IMG/VR virus record: IMGVR_UViG_3300042287_000536
Strand: one strand, 5' to 3'
DNA from: an uncultured virus (IMG/VR IMGVR_UViG_3300042287_000536)
Lineage: Duplodnaviria > Heunggongvirae > Uroviricota > Caudoviricetes
DNA: 64,000 nucleotides
The position numbers were made by a program, and so were the translations under genes. A model generated the notes under the pieces. The model worked only from the letters and a program-made list of their open reading frames with translations. It was not told where the DNA came from and made no database searches. Positions 37,401 through 45,915 of this stretch are shown one piece after another (within the stretch, counting starts at the first letter, position 1; each line of letters opens with the position of its first letter).

Positions 37401-39898
37401 TTAACAGCTTCATAGAAATTATTTATAGTTTCTAGCTGTTTAGTTTTTTCTGCTTTAAGCTTTTTTTGTTCAGGAACATTATCATCTAGAACAGAAAGCT
37501 CTTGCCTTAGTGCTAAGATCTCACCTTTTGTTGTTGCAGGGTTAAGCAATGTCATTAAGTTTTGAGCATCAGCTTTAGCTAGGTCATTAGAAATATTTGA
37601 GAAAATATTAGCTACATCAGCTACTCTTTTACTGTGAGAAGTATAAGTAGCTTTAGCAAATGTTAAGTTATACTTAGCAGTTTCCCAAGCTTTGTAAGCA
37701 ATTTCTGCAGCTTTTCTTTCAGAAGTTCCCAATATAAATTTATTAGGATTAAATGGATTAGGATATTTTTCGGCAACATCTTCATAGTCTTTTTTAAGTT
37801 GATTAGCTCTTGCAACAATACCATCTATTTTACCTAGAGCACTGTCTACATCTTGTTCTTTAATACCATATTTACCAAATGCTTCAACAACTTCAGCTCT
37901 ACTTAAGTTTTTATATTGAGCAACTTTGTTAATCATAATATCTAATTTACCAGTTTGAAGGGCTACTAGTATTTTATTATCTTTAATGTTTTCTATAGCA
38001 TCAATAGCTTCTTTCTTTTTACCATTTCTAGCAGCTGTATACATATCATCAGCTAATCTACCTGTTGTTATAGAATTGTCTATATCAGGAGCTAATGTAA
38101 TTAATGCTTTATCATAAAAGTCATTTAAATATTGTGCATTTTTAGCTTTAAATTCTTTGTTTAATTTTTCAGCAGCAGCATAATTTTCAGTACCCCAAGC
38201 TTTAACTAGCTTACTTATAGCAACAGAAGGTGCAGCCATTACAGGTTGAGCAAACATACCCATAGCAAAACCACCAGCAAATGTTTCAGCTCCTTGTGCA
38301 GAAAACTGTTCACCAAGACCTTGCATAAAATGAGGCATATAACCTTCATAACCTGCTTTAATAGGATCTGTATATAATTGCATTGCATGTTTAGCAGCTC
38401 CACTAGATATAGCTTCTTGTAAGTTTTCTTGAATACCTTCAGCAAAGTTTGCTTTAAGATAATTCATACCAAACTGACCATAAAATTTAGGTTTTGTAAA
38501 AGATTGTAATGCAGCTTTACCTTTAGATAAGAATCCTTCACCTACAGCAGAGAATGTTTTACCATTAAACAAGTAATCATCTACTAATTTAACAGCACCT
38601 TCTCTTCCCATAACACTTCTTAAAGGAGCAAGCATTGTAGCATACATTAACTTATTACTAGTAGTAATTGCAGGTAAGTTCCAAAAAGCAACTTGATAAG
38701 CTTTATCATTAGCAATTTTTTCTATCTTTAGCATCTCTGCTCCATCAGGATCTTTACCATTTTCAGATCTATATTTTGCAACAAGATCTTCTGTAATATT
38801 AATCTTAGCCATCCCACCTTCAAGCTTAGCTTCAGAAACAGCTCCTTTCATCATCAACATGTCATCAGCAAAAGCTCCAAAAGTTTTGGTCATCTTAGCA
38901 TAGTTACTTGCATAGTCAGTAGCTCTTAATGCATCAACAGTTTGGTCTAAAGGATTTAAAATATTAGCAGTTTCTCTTACAACACTTTTAGTTCCTTGAC
39001 TCATCTTAGTCCAAAGACTTTTCATTTCAGGAACACTGTTTATAGCACGGAGATTCTCCATTCTTTTTGACCCAGCAAAAGCAGTTTTAGCTCCTTGAAA
39101 AACATTTTCAACAGCATTTAAGCCTTTACCTACCATCATAGAAGCACCAGTTGCTCCCATTAGTCCACCAGTAGCAGCAGTTAATCCCATTAAAGCTAAT
39201 TCTTCAGCTAAAAAATCTGCACCAATACCAATAGTATATCCTGAGTTTAAAAAAGTATTTATAAAAAAACCACCAATACCACCTTTTGTAGATGAACCAA
39301 CAGCCATTATTCTTTCCATTTCTCTAGCACCTTCTAAATCTGGAGCTAAAGGATCAGTAAATAAAGTACTCCAAGACCTAATTCCGGATCTAAAACCTGT
39401 ACCTACTAAGTTATCCCATTGTGATGCAGCTCTTACAAACTCATCACCAAATGTCATCTTATCATTATATAAAGATTCATTATCTCTATAAGGAGAAAAG
39501 CCAATTTTATTATACAAATCACCAGAAGAATGGTATCTTTCAAAGTTAGCTCCATCAGTATCACCATTATAACTAAATGGTCTCATTGCTCCATAGATAT
39601 CACTTTCTTTTTTAGGCATAGCTGATAAAGCTTTATCCATGCTTGTAAAAAAGTCAACAGAGCTATTTGAATTTTTTGCTGAAGGATTAGATCCTGTTAT
39701 AGGATTACCTGCTATATTTTTATAAGCATCAATACTATTTGGTCTAGCTGGTAAATTTAAAGATTCTTCAATTTGTCTTATTCTATCAACAGCAGAATTA
39801 TTTAAAGCTTGTAAAGCAGGAGCCCCATTAGTTAATTCACTTTCTTGAGGAGCAAGTTGTTCTTGTTCTTGTCCTTGACTAGCTAATTCTTCTGCCAT
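34427..39898 (-). CDS. Large ejection protein (1823 aa): Gly/Ala-rich hydrophobic segments, PD-(D/E)XK nuclease domain, coiled coils
   Basis: YERVT, GTKID, GVAGTVDLL...IYDMKS, QLSLYRILL; EG.QE..Q motif; ends NLC. Confidence 0.75.
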   Translation of the reverse strand: MAEELASQGQEQEQLAPQESELTNGAPALQALNNSAVDRIRQIEESLNLPARPNSIDAYKNIAGNPITGSNPSAKNSNSSVDFFTSMDKALSAMPKKESDIYGAMRPFSYNGDTDGANFERYHSSGDLYNKIGFSPYRDNESLYNDKMTFGDEFVRAASQWDNLVGTGFRSGIRSWSTLFTDPLAPDLEGAREMERIMAVGSSTKGGIGGFFINTFLNSGYTIGIGADFLAEELALMGLTAATGGLMGATGASMMVGKGLNAVENVFQGAKTAFAGSKRMENLRAINSVPEMKSLWTKMSQGTKSVVRETANILNPLDQTVDALRATDYASNYAKMTKTFGAFADDMLMMKGAVSEAKLEGGMAKINITEDLVAKYRSENGKDPDGAEMLKIEKIANDKAYQVAFWNLPAITTSNKLMYATMLAPLRSVMGREGAVKLVDDYLFNGKTFSAVGEGFLSKGKAALQSFTKPKFYGQFGMNYLKANFAEGIQENLQEAISSGAAKHAMQLYTDPIKAGYEGYMPHFMQGLGEQFSAQGAETFAGGFAMGMFAQPVMAAPSVAISKLVKAWGTENYAAAEKLNKEFKAKNAQYLNDFYDKALITLAPDIDNSITTGRLADDMYTAARNGKKKEAIDAIENIKDNKILVALQTGKLDIMINKVAQYKNLSRAEVVEAFGKYGIKEQDVDSALGKIDGIVARANQLKKDYEDVAEKYPNPFNPNKFILGTSERKAAEIAYKAWETAKYNLTFAKATYTSHSKRVADVANIFSNISNDLAKADAQNLMTLLNPATTKGEILALRQELSVLDDNVPEQKKLKAEKTKQLETINNFYEAVKAVKEAKTPEEKEAKDEIAKKAFMEHVKFLAKKNDHIVFNEDIEKAYSVVKDHMSLKDDMKGLAESINVLMAPQNFFKLHTRLNDAYSEILNNKEGIIEENQKLINRLNSINGILNLVTVDSGLNIPNELIEKYVEALDNDIEMPVATYFMDAQGNKVTAGPQFDIALKLFSNFTAIAAKEKEDELKNRPVKTLQSTINDIIANKDFIKLSEDGTHYVNTKTGKKYERVTNYIADEKSKNDFKDGIEKGEDIEDYKQRLIGLNYKGKPLTKKLTTASSQIIGTKIDVLVRDFFNGELKDLSTYDVSSLEEVQAFVKELQQIKDKMDARGEKVLANDILLYDDNLGVAGTVDLLTYTESGDIRIYDMKSMRGNQFTNVYFSGINEGKTVYDNIFEEGKDSNKVKHQKQLSLYRILLNNTHNLRAKTLAVMPIEVIYQPGDVVTSELNLLPGVRVTPLDQIKDARLLPLRDQGEKIISSLSPTRKEAPKTEEEAKEQAIEAETKRLLMQPRESLTPAEEKALRFGLPGSSTLQTRKEFIEKRIELLEKKAEALGLDAIEINDTLAYLDGILDTSTESIQNNLKNIDDQIKSLNNIIKSKSSKKTAKGVKVQEKIAELKAARTAEFQLLNAITDRVKELEEDLSDVEAVQQDLQKQAQYYSSLISDPTLTTYTRDELIARRDKINSKINTIGKLLIAVRKAIADSIRYIKEHVSLLFQTDKNLKTFISDNEYENFQYPTIKNKIESLQNEVLNNINSAEFLEVVKTKEEERQAQLLAALLKYQDQVRYLSELIDNYKENNIGNKFTTTTMNLNAKEVVASKQKEYPVTISRKNARIQSRIKEAKLAARDVAEVETVTVPTGEVVVSKVGPTKVTSQQLNENLNLKSLKVAQTNKFEVIYDNIQYKIEKVGTNSVTLKSALGTKVTINEDDLVRDLRIVQPGIEESTVEENEIIKANEKLISEEPKEFKKTKAADKEDYAKRLKTGKTNLIENLC

Positions 39899-39899
39899 C

Positions 39900-42677
39900 T
39901 TATTTATTTTTACTTTGATTTATTAATCTTTGTCTTTCATCAACTAAATCATTAGTTCTTTGACCATTTGCTAATCCATTAATGTATATATTAACTGTTT
40001 CATCTACAGCTTTAATATCATCAACAATATATGGATTACCTTTAAGATCTATAATTTTATCACCATCATGTGATATATAATAAGGTTGTATAGTTGTCAA
40101 CTTTGTATCAGGATCATACTCAATTTCTATTCTACCAGAAGTCTCTGAAAAGTTATTTACTGTATAAGAACCTTTTTCTAAAAGTATTTTCTCCATAGCA
40201 TTAACTTTTAATTTAGAAGTAATATCTGTTTTAATAGTACTGTTATCATAAAATAATGATATACCTCTTGTAAGAATATCAGGACTTACTAACCCTGGAT
40301 CTTTTTCATTTTTAGTCATATAATCTTGAATATATGCTTGAGAAGGTCTTATTGTAAAACCACTTTGAGTTAAATCATCAGCAGCAGTTCCATTAACAAC
40401 AACACTATAAATAGGTCTTTTGGCATCTTTTTTATCAGCCTTATTCATGTCAATAAGAAACTGTCTAAAAAATGCATCAGCTCCTGGATCACTATCTTTA
40501 CTACTTGCATAATTTTCTGCATCAAGACCTCCTATTAAAGCTTTGTATTTACCTGGGTTAGCAAAAGCTTGACTTAATGTGTTAGATATCTGTTTATTTA
40601 TATCAGGATTTTGTGAAGCATCTACTCTATTAAAAAGTAATGAATTACTACTCTTCATACCAGAACCTTCATTCTTAGTAATATCAATCATTTGGTCAAA
40701 GCCTATTTTAGGTTGTCTATTGTAATGATATAAAAACTGACTCTTAGCTTTTTGGAAAGCATCTTCAATATCACCTTTACTACCATTAGGTCTTGTTTTT
40801 AAAAATTCAGTTATAAACTTTGCATTTGGTTTATCATCATGATCTAAAACACCATACTCATTCACTAAATATTTTGCTAATTTAAAATCAGGATCTACTG
40901 AATTAGCTACTTTTTCAGCAGTAGTTTTAATTCCTTTTTTAAAATTATTTAATTGAGCAACACCTGCAGCAGCATCTATATTTACTTGTGCTAATGCAAC
41001 ACTATTACTTTTTAATACCTCTTTTCCCCAACTAGTGTTTGGATTATCTTTTATATAAGTTTGTGTTTTTTTTAAAGACTGTAAAGGTTGATCTTTAATA
41101 GCAGCTTTAACTTGTTCAGCTGTTTCCATAGTTTGCCATTTACCTTTACCATAAGTTTTATCTAAATAATCAATGGCTCCAGCACCTGTTGTAGGATCAG
41201 CAAGAGCAGCTTTTTTAGCAGCTTTAAAAGTTGTATATAAAAGATTCATAGAACCATCATTAGCTTTTTTAAATACATCAGAACTTTCAGCAGCTTGTAA
41301 TATATATACACCTTCAGGATGTTCTGTTAAATTTAAAGGTACATTTGATCCAACAGCTCCTGGAAATAATTCTGTAGTTGAATTAGCCTGTTCATTAGCT
41401 GCTGTTTTATCAAGATCTTTTTTATATTTTTCTAATTCTTTATCTATATTGCTTTGAATAACTTTTTCAAAAATATTTAAATCACTTTTATATTTTTCAA
41501 GATTTTTTTTAAGAGCTAAGTCATAAGCAGCAGTTTCTTTAACTATTGTATGTTCTGCACCTTGCATAGACATTATCTTAGCCATCTTGCTTAAGTCTTC
41601 ATGTTGGAATGCTGCAGAGTTTGATTGATCAAACTTGTTGATTAAAGATCTCATATCACCAGAATCCATGTTTGTTTGAATACTAGTTAATCTAGATTGT
41701 AAGTTATCTCTAGTGACAGTAGCAGCTTCTCTTCTTTGTTTAATAACTTCTAATTCTTGTTTTTCTCTACTAGTTAAAGCTCCTTTTTTACGCTCAAGTT
41801 CAATCTGTCTACCTTTTAATTGGTTGTGGTTGTTATTTACAATAGTTAAATCTTTATTTAAAGCTTTAATACCCTTGTTCATATTTTGTTCAATAAAAAC
41901 TTTTTCAGCAGCTTTTTCATCATTGTTATATTGAGGCATTAAACCTCTTACTGAATCTTTTCTAAAAACATAAGCTTTAGTATCATAATTATTAGCAACT
42001 CTAGGGTCATTACTATAAATTTGATCAAACATATTATATAAAGCATTCTCTACTAATACACCATTTTTGTCTCTTACAATATAATGACCAGATTCACTGT
42101 CTTGAGTAACAGTCATACCTTGATCTTTAAGATTTTTTGCAGCATCTTTTTGCCAGTTATAGTAAGCATCATAACTACCCATGTCAAAATTTAAAGCTTC
42201 ATCATCAGAAGTAGCTTTGAACTCTTCCATTTTATATTGAAGCTTTCTCATTGATGTTTCATTATATGTACCACCACATTTATCTTGGTCATAACAATAT
42301 TTAGAATTTTCACCTTTCTCTAGTTCATTCATATGGTTTTTAGTTTTAACCATATCACTTACTAAGTACTTGTCATCATAGAAACCTTTAAATACATTTT
42401 GTGCTTGGTCAACATTTTGTTGTAAGGATAAATCTAAACCTGATATTCTTTTAATATCATTATCAATAACCTTAAAGAACTCATCTCTTCTTTTAATATT
42501 AGTCTCTTTACTTAATGGTCCATTCAATAGGGAGCCATATAACTCACTTATTTGTTTCTTAGAAGCATCATACTTAGTTTGTCTTGTCTGTAAAACATTG
42601 CCCAAAAAGTTATAATCTGGGCGGAATGGTTGTATCTGAGGTATGTAGTCTGTTACTCCTTGTAAGTAGGTTGCCAT
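39900..42677 (-). CDS. Virion cargo/ejection protein, 925 aa
   Basis: Immediately upstream of the giant genes; coiled-coil rich; function inferred from position. Confidence 0.55.
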   Translation of the reverse strand: MATYLQGVTDYIPQIQPFRPDYNFLGNVLQTRQTKYDASKKQISELYGSLLNGPLSKETNIKRRDEFFKVIDNDIKRISGLDLSLQQNVDQAQNVFKGFYDDKYLVSDMVKTKNHMNELEKGENSKYCYDQDKCGGTYNETSMRKLQYKMEEFKATSDDEALNFDMGSYDAYYNWQKDAAKNLKDQGMTVTQDSESGHYIVRDKNGVLVENALYNMFDQIYSNDPRVANNYDTKAYVFRKDSVRGLMPQYNNDEKAAEKVFIEQNMNKGIKALNKDLTIVNNNHNQLKGRQIELERKKGALTSREKQELEVIKQRREAATVTRDNLQSRLTSIQTNMDSGDMRSLINKFDQSNSAAFQHEDLSKMAKIMSMQGAEHTIVKETAAYDLALKKNLEKYKSDLNIFEKVIQSNIDKELEKYKKDLDKTAANEQANSTTELFPGAVGSNVPLNLTEHPEGVYILQAAESSDVFKKANDGSMNLLYTTFKAAKKAALADPTTGAGAIDYLDKTYGKGKWQTMETAEQVKAAIKDQPLQSLKKTQTYIKDNPNTSWGKEVLKSNSVALAQVNIDAAAGVAQLNNFKKGIKTTAEKVANSVDPDFKLAKYLVNEYGVLDHDDKPNAKFITEFLKTRPNGSKGDIEDAFQKAKSQFLYHYNRQPKIGFDQMIDITKNEGSGMKSSNSLLFNRVDASQNPDINKQISNTLSQAFANPGKYKALIGGLDAENYASSKDSDPGADAFFRQFLIDMNKADKKDAKRPIYSVVVNGTAADDLTQSGFTIRPSQAYIQDYMTKNEKDPGLVSPDILTRGISLFYDNSTIKTDITSKLKVNAMEKILLEKGSYTVNNFSETSGRIEIEYDPDTKLTTIQPYYISHDGDKIIDLKGNPYIVDDIKAVDETVNIYINGLANGQRTNDLVDERQRLINQSKNK

Positions 42678-42694
42678 AGTAAAATATTATGTTT

Positions 42695-42710
42695 TAAATA
42701 TACAAAATTT
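42695..42710 (-). promoter_or_regulatory. Putative late promoter element (TTTTGTATATTTA)
   Basis: Same motif family as upstream of 48618, 58485 and 62065; intergenic; no clear -33 element. Confidence 0.45.
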
Positions 42711-42748
42711 ATTTGAGGTTGTAATACACTTTTAAAGTTTATTTGCTT

Positions 42749-44053
42749 TTAACTTACTGCTTGTGGATTATTATTATAACCTTCATAAGCTCCAGAAGCT
42801 GGATCTGCAGCTGCTCCTTTACCTAACATGTCTCTAAATATTTTTTCTTGTACATCTGGATTAGGAGAATATTTTTGTGCTTTTTTCCATAATGCATCAT
42901 AATGATCATATCTAGTTGCAGGATCTATTTTATTAGGATCTGGTCTAAAATAAGCAAAACCTCCACTAGAAGGATCAACAGCATACTGAGGATATAAACT
43001 ATTTAAGTTAGCTGTGTTAGCTCTATTAGTAATAGCATCCATATAAGATTGTCTTATATTCTGTCTAGCTTGTGCTTTAGAATTATCAAACTGTTGATTA
43101 GCTACTGTATATTTATCATATAATTGTGTATCAAGATTAGCTTTATTTTGAGAAGCTTGATTTAAAATACCTGCTTGTTGTTGAGACAATTGATTAGCTG
43201 TTTGTACATTTAAGTTATTATATCTTCCCATTGTATCAGCAGCAGCTTTAGCCATTTGACCTTGAGCAACTGTATTAGCAGCAGCTTGTTGTTGTGGATT
43301 AGTAAATGCTGCAGAATTTTGCATAGCCATGTTAGCCATTTCAGTATTAGCAGCAAGTTCTCTAGTAGGATCATAGAATGTTGCTTCTGGTAATCTTACT
43401 TGAGGAGTAGCTTGCCAAGGTAAATACTTTTTAAGTCTAGCCATATCTCCTACAGCACCAAATGTTTTAATAGTATCTTGTAACCACCAAGGAGCATTTT
43501 GATTTTCACCATAAGGAATAGGAGTATGTTGTTCAATAGGTTTTCTATCTGCATCTTTAGGTTTTTCAGCAGCAGGAGGAATAACTTTATCTTCTTCTGG
43601 AGCTGTAAGTTTTTCCATAATCTTATCCCATCTTTCACCAAGAAAATTATCATCAGGTCTATTAGCATAAGGCATTCCTAAATCTGTATGTATTTGTAAT
43701 ACTCTATCTTTAAATTTAGGATCATTAAGTAAATAGTTTTGAAACTCTTTATTTTGACCAGCTACTGTTCTGCTTTTAGGTTTAAACCCTGTTTCTGCAG
43801 CCCATTTTTCCCACTGAGCTTTATCATATTTTGAATGATGAAGTTTATTACTACCATACCCATAAGGTTCTATTAATAAAGGAACATCACCTGTAGCAGC
43901 TGCAGCTTTAGCAAGTCTTCCTTCAGCTCCAGTTTTATCAACACCTTGATCTAATTTAGGATCAGTAGAACGTCTTTTTTTTTCTACAAGATTATTATCA
44001 TAAAGAATAAATTCATTACCTACTTTATTCCATCCTGGTTTTATATTTGCCAT
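42749..44053 (-). CDS. Virion cargo protein, Gln/Asn/Ala-rich helical C-terminal half
   Basis: 434 aa; low-complexity Q/A/N helices typical of pilot/ejection proteins. Confidence 0.55.
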   Translation of the reverse strand: MANIKPGWNKVGNEFILYDNNLVEKKRRSTDPKLDQGVDKTGAEGRLAKAAAATGDVPLLIEPYGYGSNKLHHSKYDKAQWEKWAAETGFKPKSRTVAGQNKEFQNYLLNDPKFKDRVLQIHTDLGMPYANRPDDNFLGERWDKIMEKLTAPEEDKVIPPAAEKPKDADRKPIEQHTPIPYGENQNAPWWLQDTIKTFGAVGDMARLKKYLPWQATPQVRLPEATFYDPTRELAANTEMANMAMQNSAAFTNPQQQAAANTVAQGQMAKAAADTMGRYNNLNVQTANQLSQQQAGILNQASQNKANLDTQLYDKYTVANQQFDNSKAQARQNIRQSYMDAITNRANTANLNSLYPQYAVDPSSGGFAYFRPDPNKIDPATRYDHYDALWKKAQKYSPNPDVQEKIFRDMLGKGAAADPASGAYEGYNNNPQAVS

Positions 44054-44058
44054 AGTTA

Positions 44059-45906
44059 TTAATAATTATATGTTTGTGTATAATCTTCTTGAACAGGTGT
44101 AGTAGTTTGTGTAGGTGCTACTGTTGCTGTAGGAGCTACTGTTGCACTAGGTGCTGCAGCAGGTTTATCTTTAATAATCTTTATATCTTTAGGTTTAGCT
44201 TCTTCATTTAATATATATCTACCTATATCTTTATTTAAATAAAATGTTTTACCTGGATATTTAGAATGTGTATATAACTCTTTTCTAGCAACATTATCAT
44301 ATCCTACATTTTGCATTAAATCAGAACCATCATCTTTTTGAGTTCTTGTCAATATTTGTTTTGCAACAGGAGCTTTTAGTGGAGCTACTGTTGGAGAATA
44401 TTTTCTAGTAAAGTCTGCAGCATCTTCTAATTTTTCAGCTACTACAGGTGCAATTTTTCTAATTTTTTCATTAGTCCATTTAGCAGCTTGTGTTACTTTT
44501 TCACCAACCATTTCAGGTAATATTTTTGTTGTTTCTTTTACAGATGTTTTACTTGCAGTTTTCAATGCTACAGGATCTATTTTAGAAATAAGTTTAGCTG
44601 GTTGTGTTTTTAATATGGGTTTTTTAATAAGCAAATCTACAGCTTTATTAGCTGCTGTCTTATATGTTTTTTCAGCTATAGCAAAATTTCTTTCAGTAAG
44701 TTTTCTTCCTGAAGATTTTAAAAGTTCTTCAGCCATTTGTTTATTAAGTACTAATTTACTAGCTCCTTTTTTAAAACCTTCTGTTGCAACATGCCTAGCA
44801 GCATCTTGAGCAGCTTGTCTTGCAATCTCTGAAGCTATAGTTTTAACACCTATTCTTGAAGCTGATTTTACAACACCAGCTACTAAACCTGGACTTATTA
44901 AATCTGCAGCAAAAGTTAATGCAGGAGATGCTTGTGGATAATTTCTTAAAATAGCTTCTGATGGCATTTCATATCTAGCTTTATCACCAAACATTCCTGT
45001 ACCTGCATACATTGCAGCTCTTTGTGGAAATTCTAATACACCTAAAGAAAAATCAGCAAGATCATTTAATACACCATTTTTTGTGTACTCCATATCAGCT
45101 TGATTAATTTGTAAAGGAGTATTATAAGAAGTTGCTGCAGTAAGTGAACCAGTTGGTGCAGGTTTATTAATTGCACCTACTTGAGCTCTCATTAAACCTC
45201 CACCATATCTAGATACACCCATATCTTCATCAGATTGTTCTTCTTGACCTTGTGTATCTACTTGTAAAAGTTCTTCAGGATTCATACCACTAGCCATTAC
45301 ATAAGGCATAGCTACTACTGGAATACCTTGAGGAAATCCTTTAGATGATTCTTGCACTAAAGCAAGTTTAGCTAACTTCATATTGTAGTTAGATATCATT
45401 AACTCTGCTGTGCTTCTATCAACATCTTCAGAATTAGGATCAGCTAATACTTGTCTAAATTTATTAATATCATACTTCTTAGCAATCTCAGCTGGAGTGT
45501 ATCCAGACTTCTTTGGTACCATACCAAATTGTGCAAGCATGATAGGATCTTTAATCTTCATCTTAGCTGTGTCACTAAAGATGAAAGAGTTATCAGGAAG
45601 GTTTAATGGAGTACCACCTTCACTATGTCTTTTACCACCAATTTTAAAATGAGCAGGAATACCATCAATGTTTACCATTGCAGTTTCACCTCTTTCAGCT
45701 TCTAAGTTTGCACCATCTCTAGCTACAGGTTGTAAAGTATCTCTTACTTCTGTAGGTTGTTGAGATATTTTTCCAGCTTCTAAGTGGCCATTTTTTCTAA
45801 ATTGGCTATTACCATTTGTACCTTTACCATACAAACCAGCACTCATTTTCATTTCAAGTCCTGATAATGCTTTTGGTACTCTTTTAGTTATTCTAACTCT
45901 TGCCAT
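44059..45906 (-). CDS. Virion cargo protein with NLEAERGE...GKRHSEGG domain
   Basis: E.E.GE / G..H..GG / FIFSD motif set typical of crAss-like cargo proteins; Ala/Lys-rich middle; P/T/A tail. Confidence 0.6.
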   Translation of the reverse strand: MARVRITKRVPKALSGLEMKMSAGLYGKGTNGNSQFRKNGHLEAGKISQQPTEVRDTLQPVARDGANLEAERGETAMVNIDGIPAHFKIGGKRHSEGGTPLNLPDNSFIFSDTAKMKIKDPIMLAQFGMVPKKSGYTPAEIAKKYDINKFRQVLADPNSEDVDRSTAELMISNYNMKLAKLALVQESSKGFPQGIPVVAMPYVMASGMNPEELLQVDTQGQEEQSDEDMGVSRYGGGLMRAQVGAINKPAPTGSLTAATSYNTPLQINQADMEYTKNGVLNDLADFSLGVLEFPQRAAMYAGTGMFGDKARYEMPSEAILRNYPQASPALTFAADLISPGLVAGVVKSASRIGVKTIASEIARQAAQDAARHVATEGFKKGASKLVLNKQMAEELLKSSGRKLTERNFAIAEKTYKTAANKAVDLLIKKPILKTQPAKLISKIDPVALKTASKTSVKETTKILPEMVGEKVTQAAKWTNEKIRKIAPVVAEKLEDAADFTRKYSPTVAPLKAPVAKQILTRTQKDDGSDLMQNVGYDNVARKELYTHSKYPGKTFYLNKDIGRYILNEEAKPKDIKIIKDKPAAAPSATVAPTATVAPTQTTTPVQEDYTQTYNY

Positions 45907-45915
45907 AATATTTGT

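Noticed and set aside
17692..39898. Split inteins or protein trans-splicing as the explanation for terminal cysteines
   Set aside because: No Hint-domain blocks and no C-terminal His-Asn; the Cys residues are at positions 3-4 and at the extreme C-termini, which does not fit intein chemistry.
44095..44165. ATVAPT tandem repeat at the end of the 615-aa gene
   Set aside because: Ordinary low-complexity Pro/Thr/Ala linker with diverged codons.
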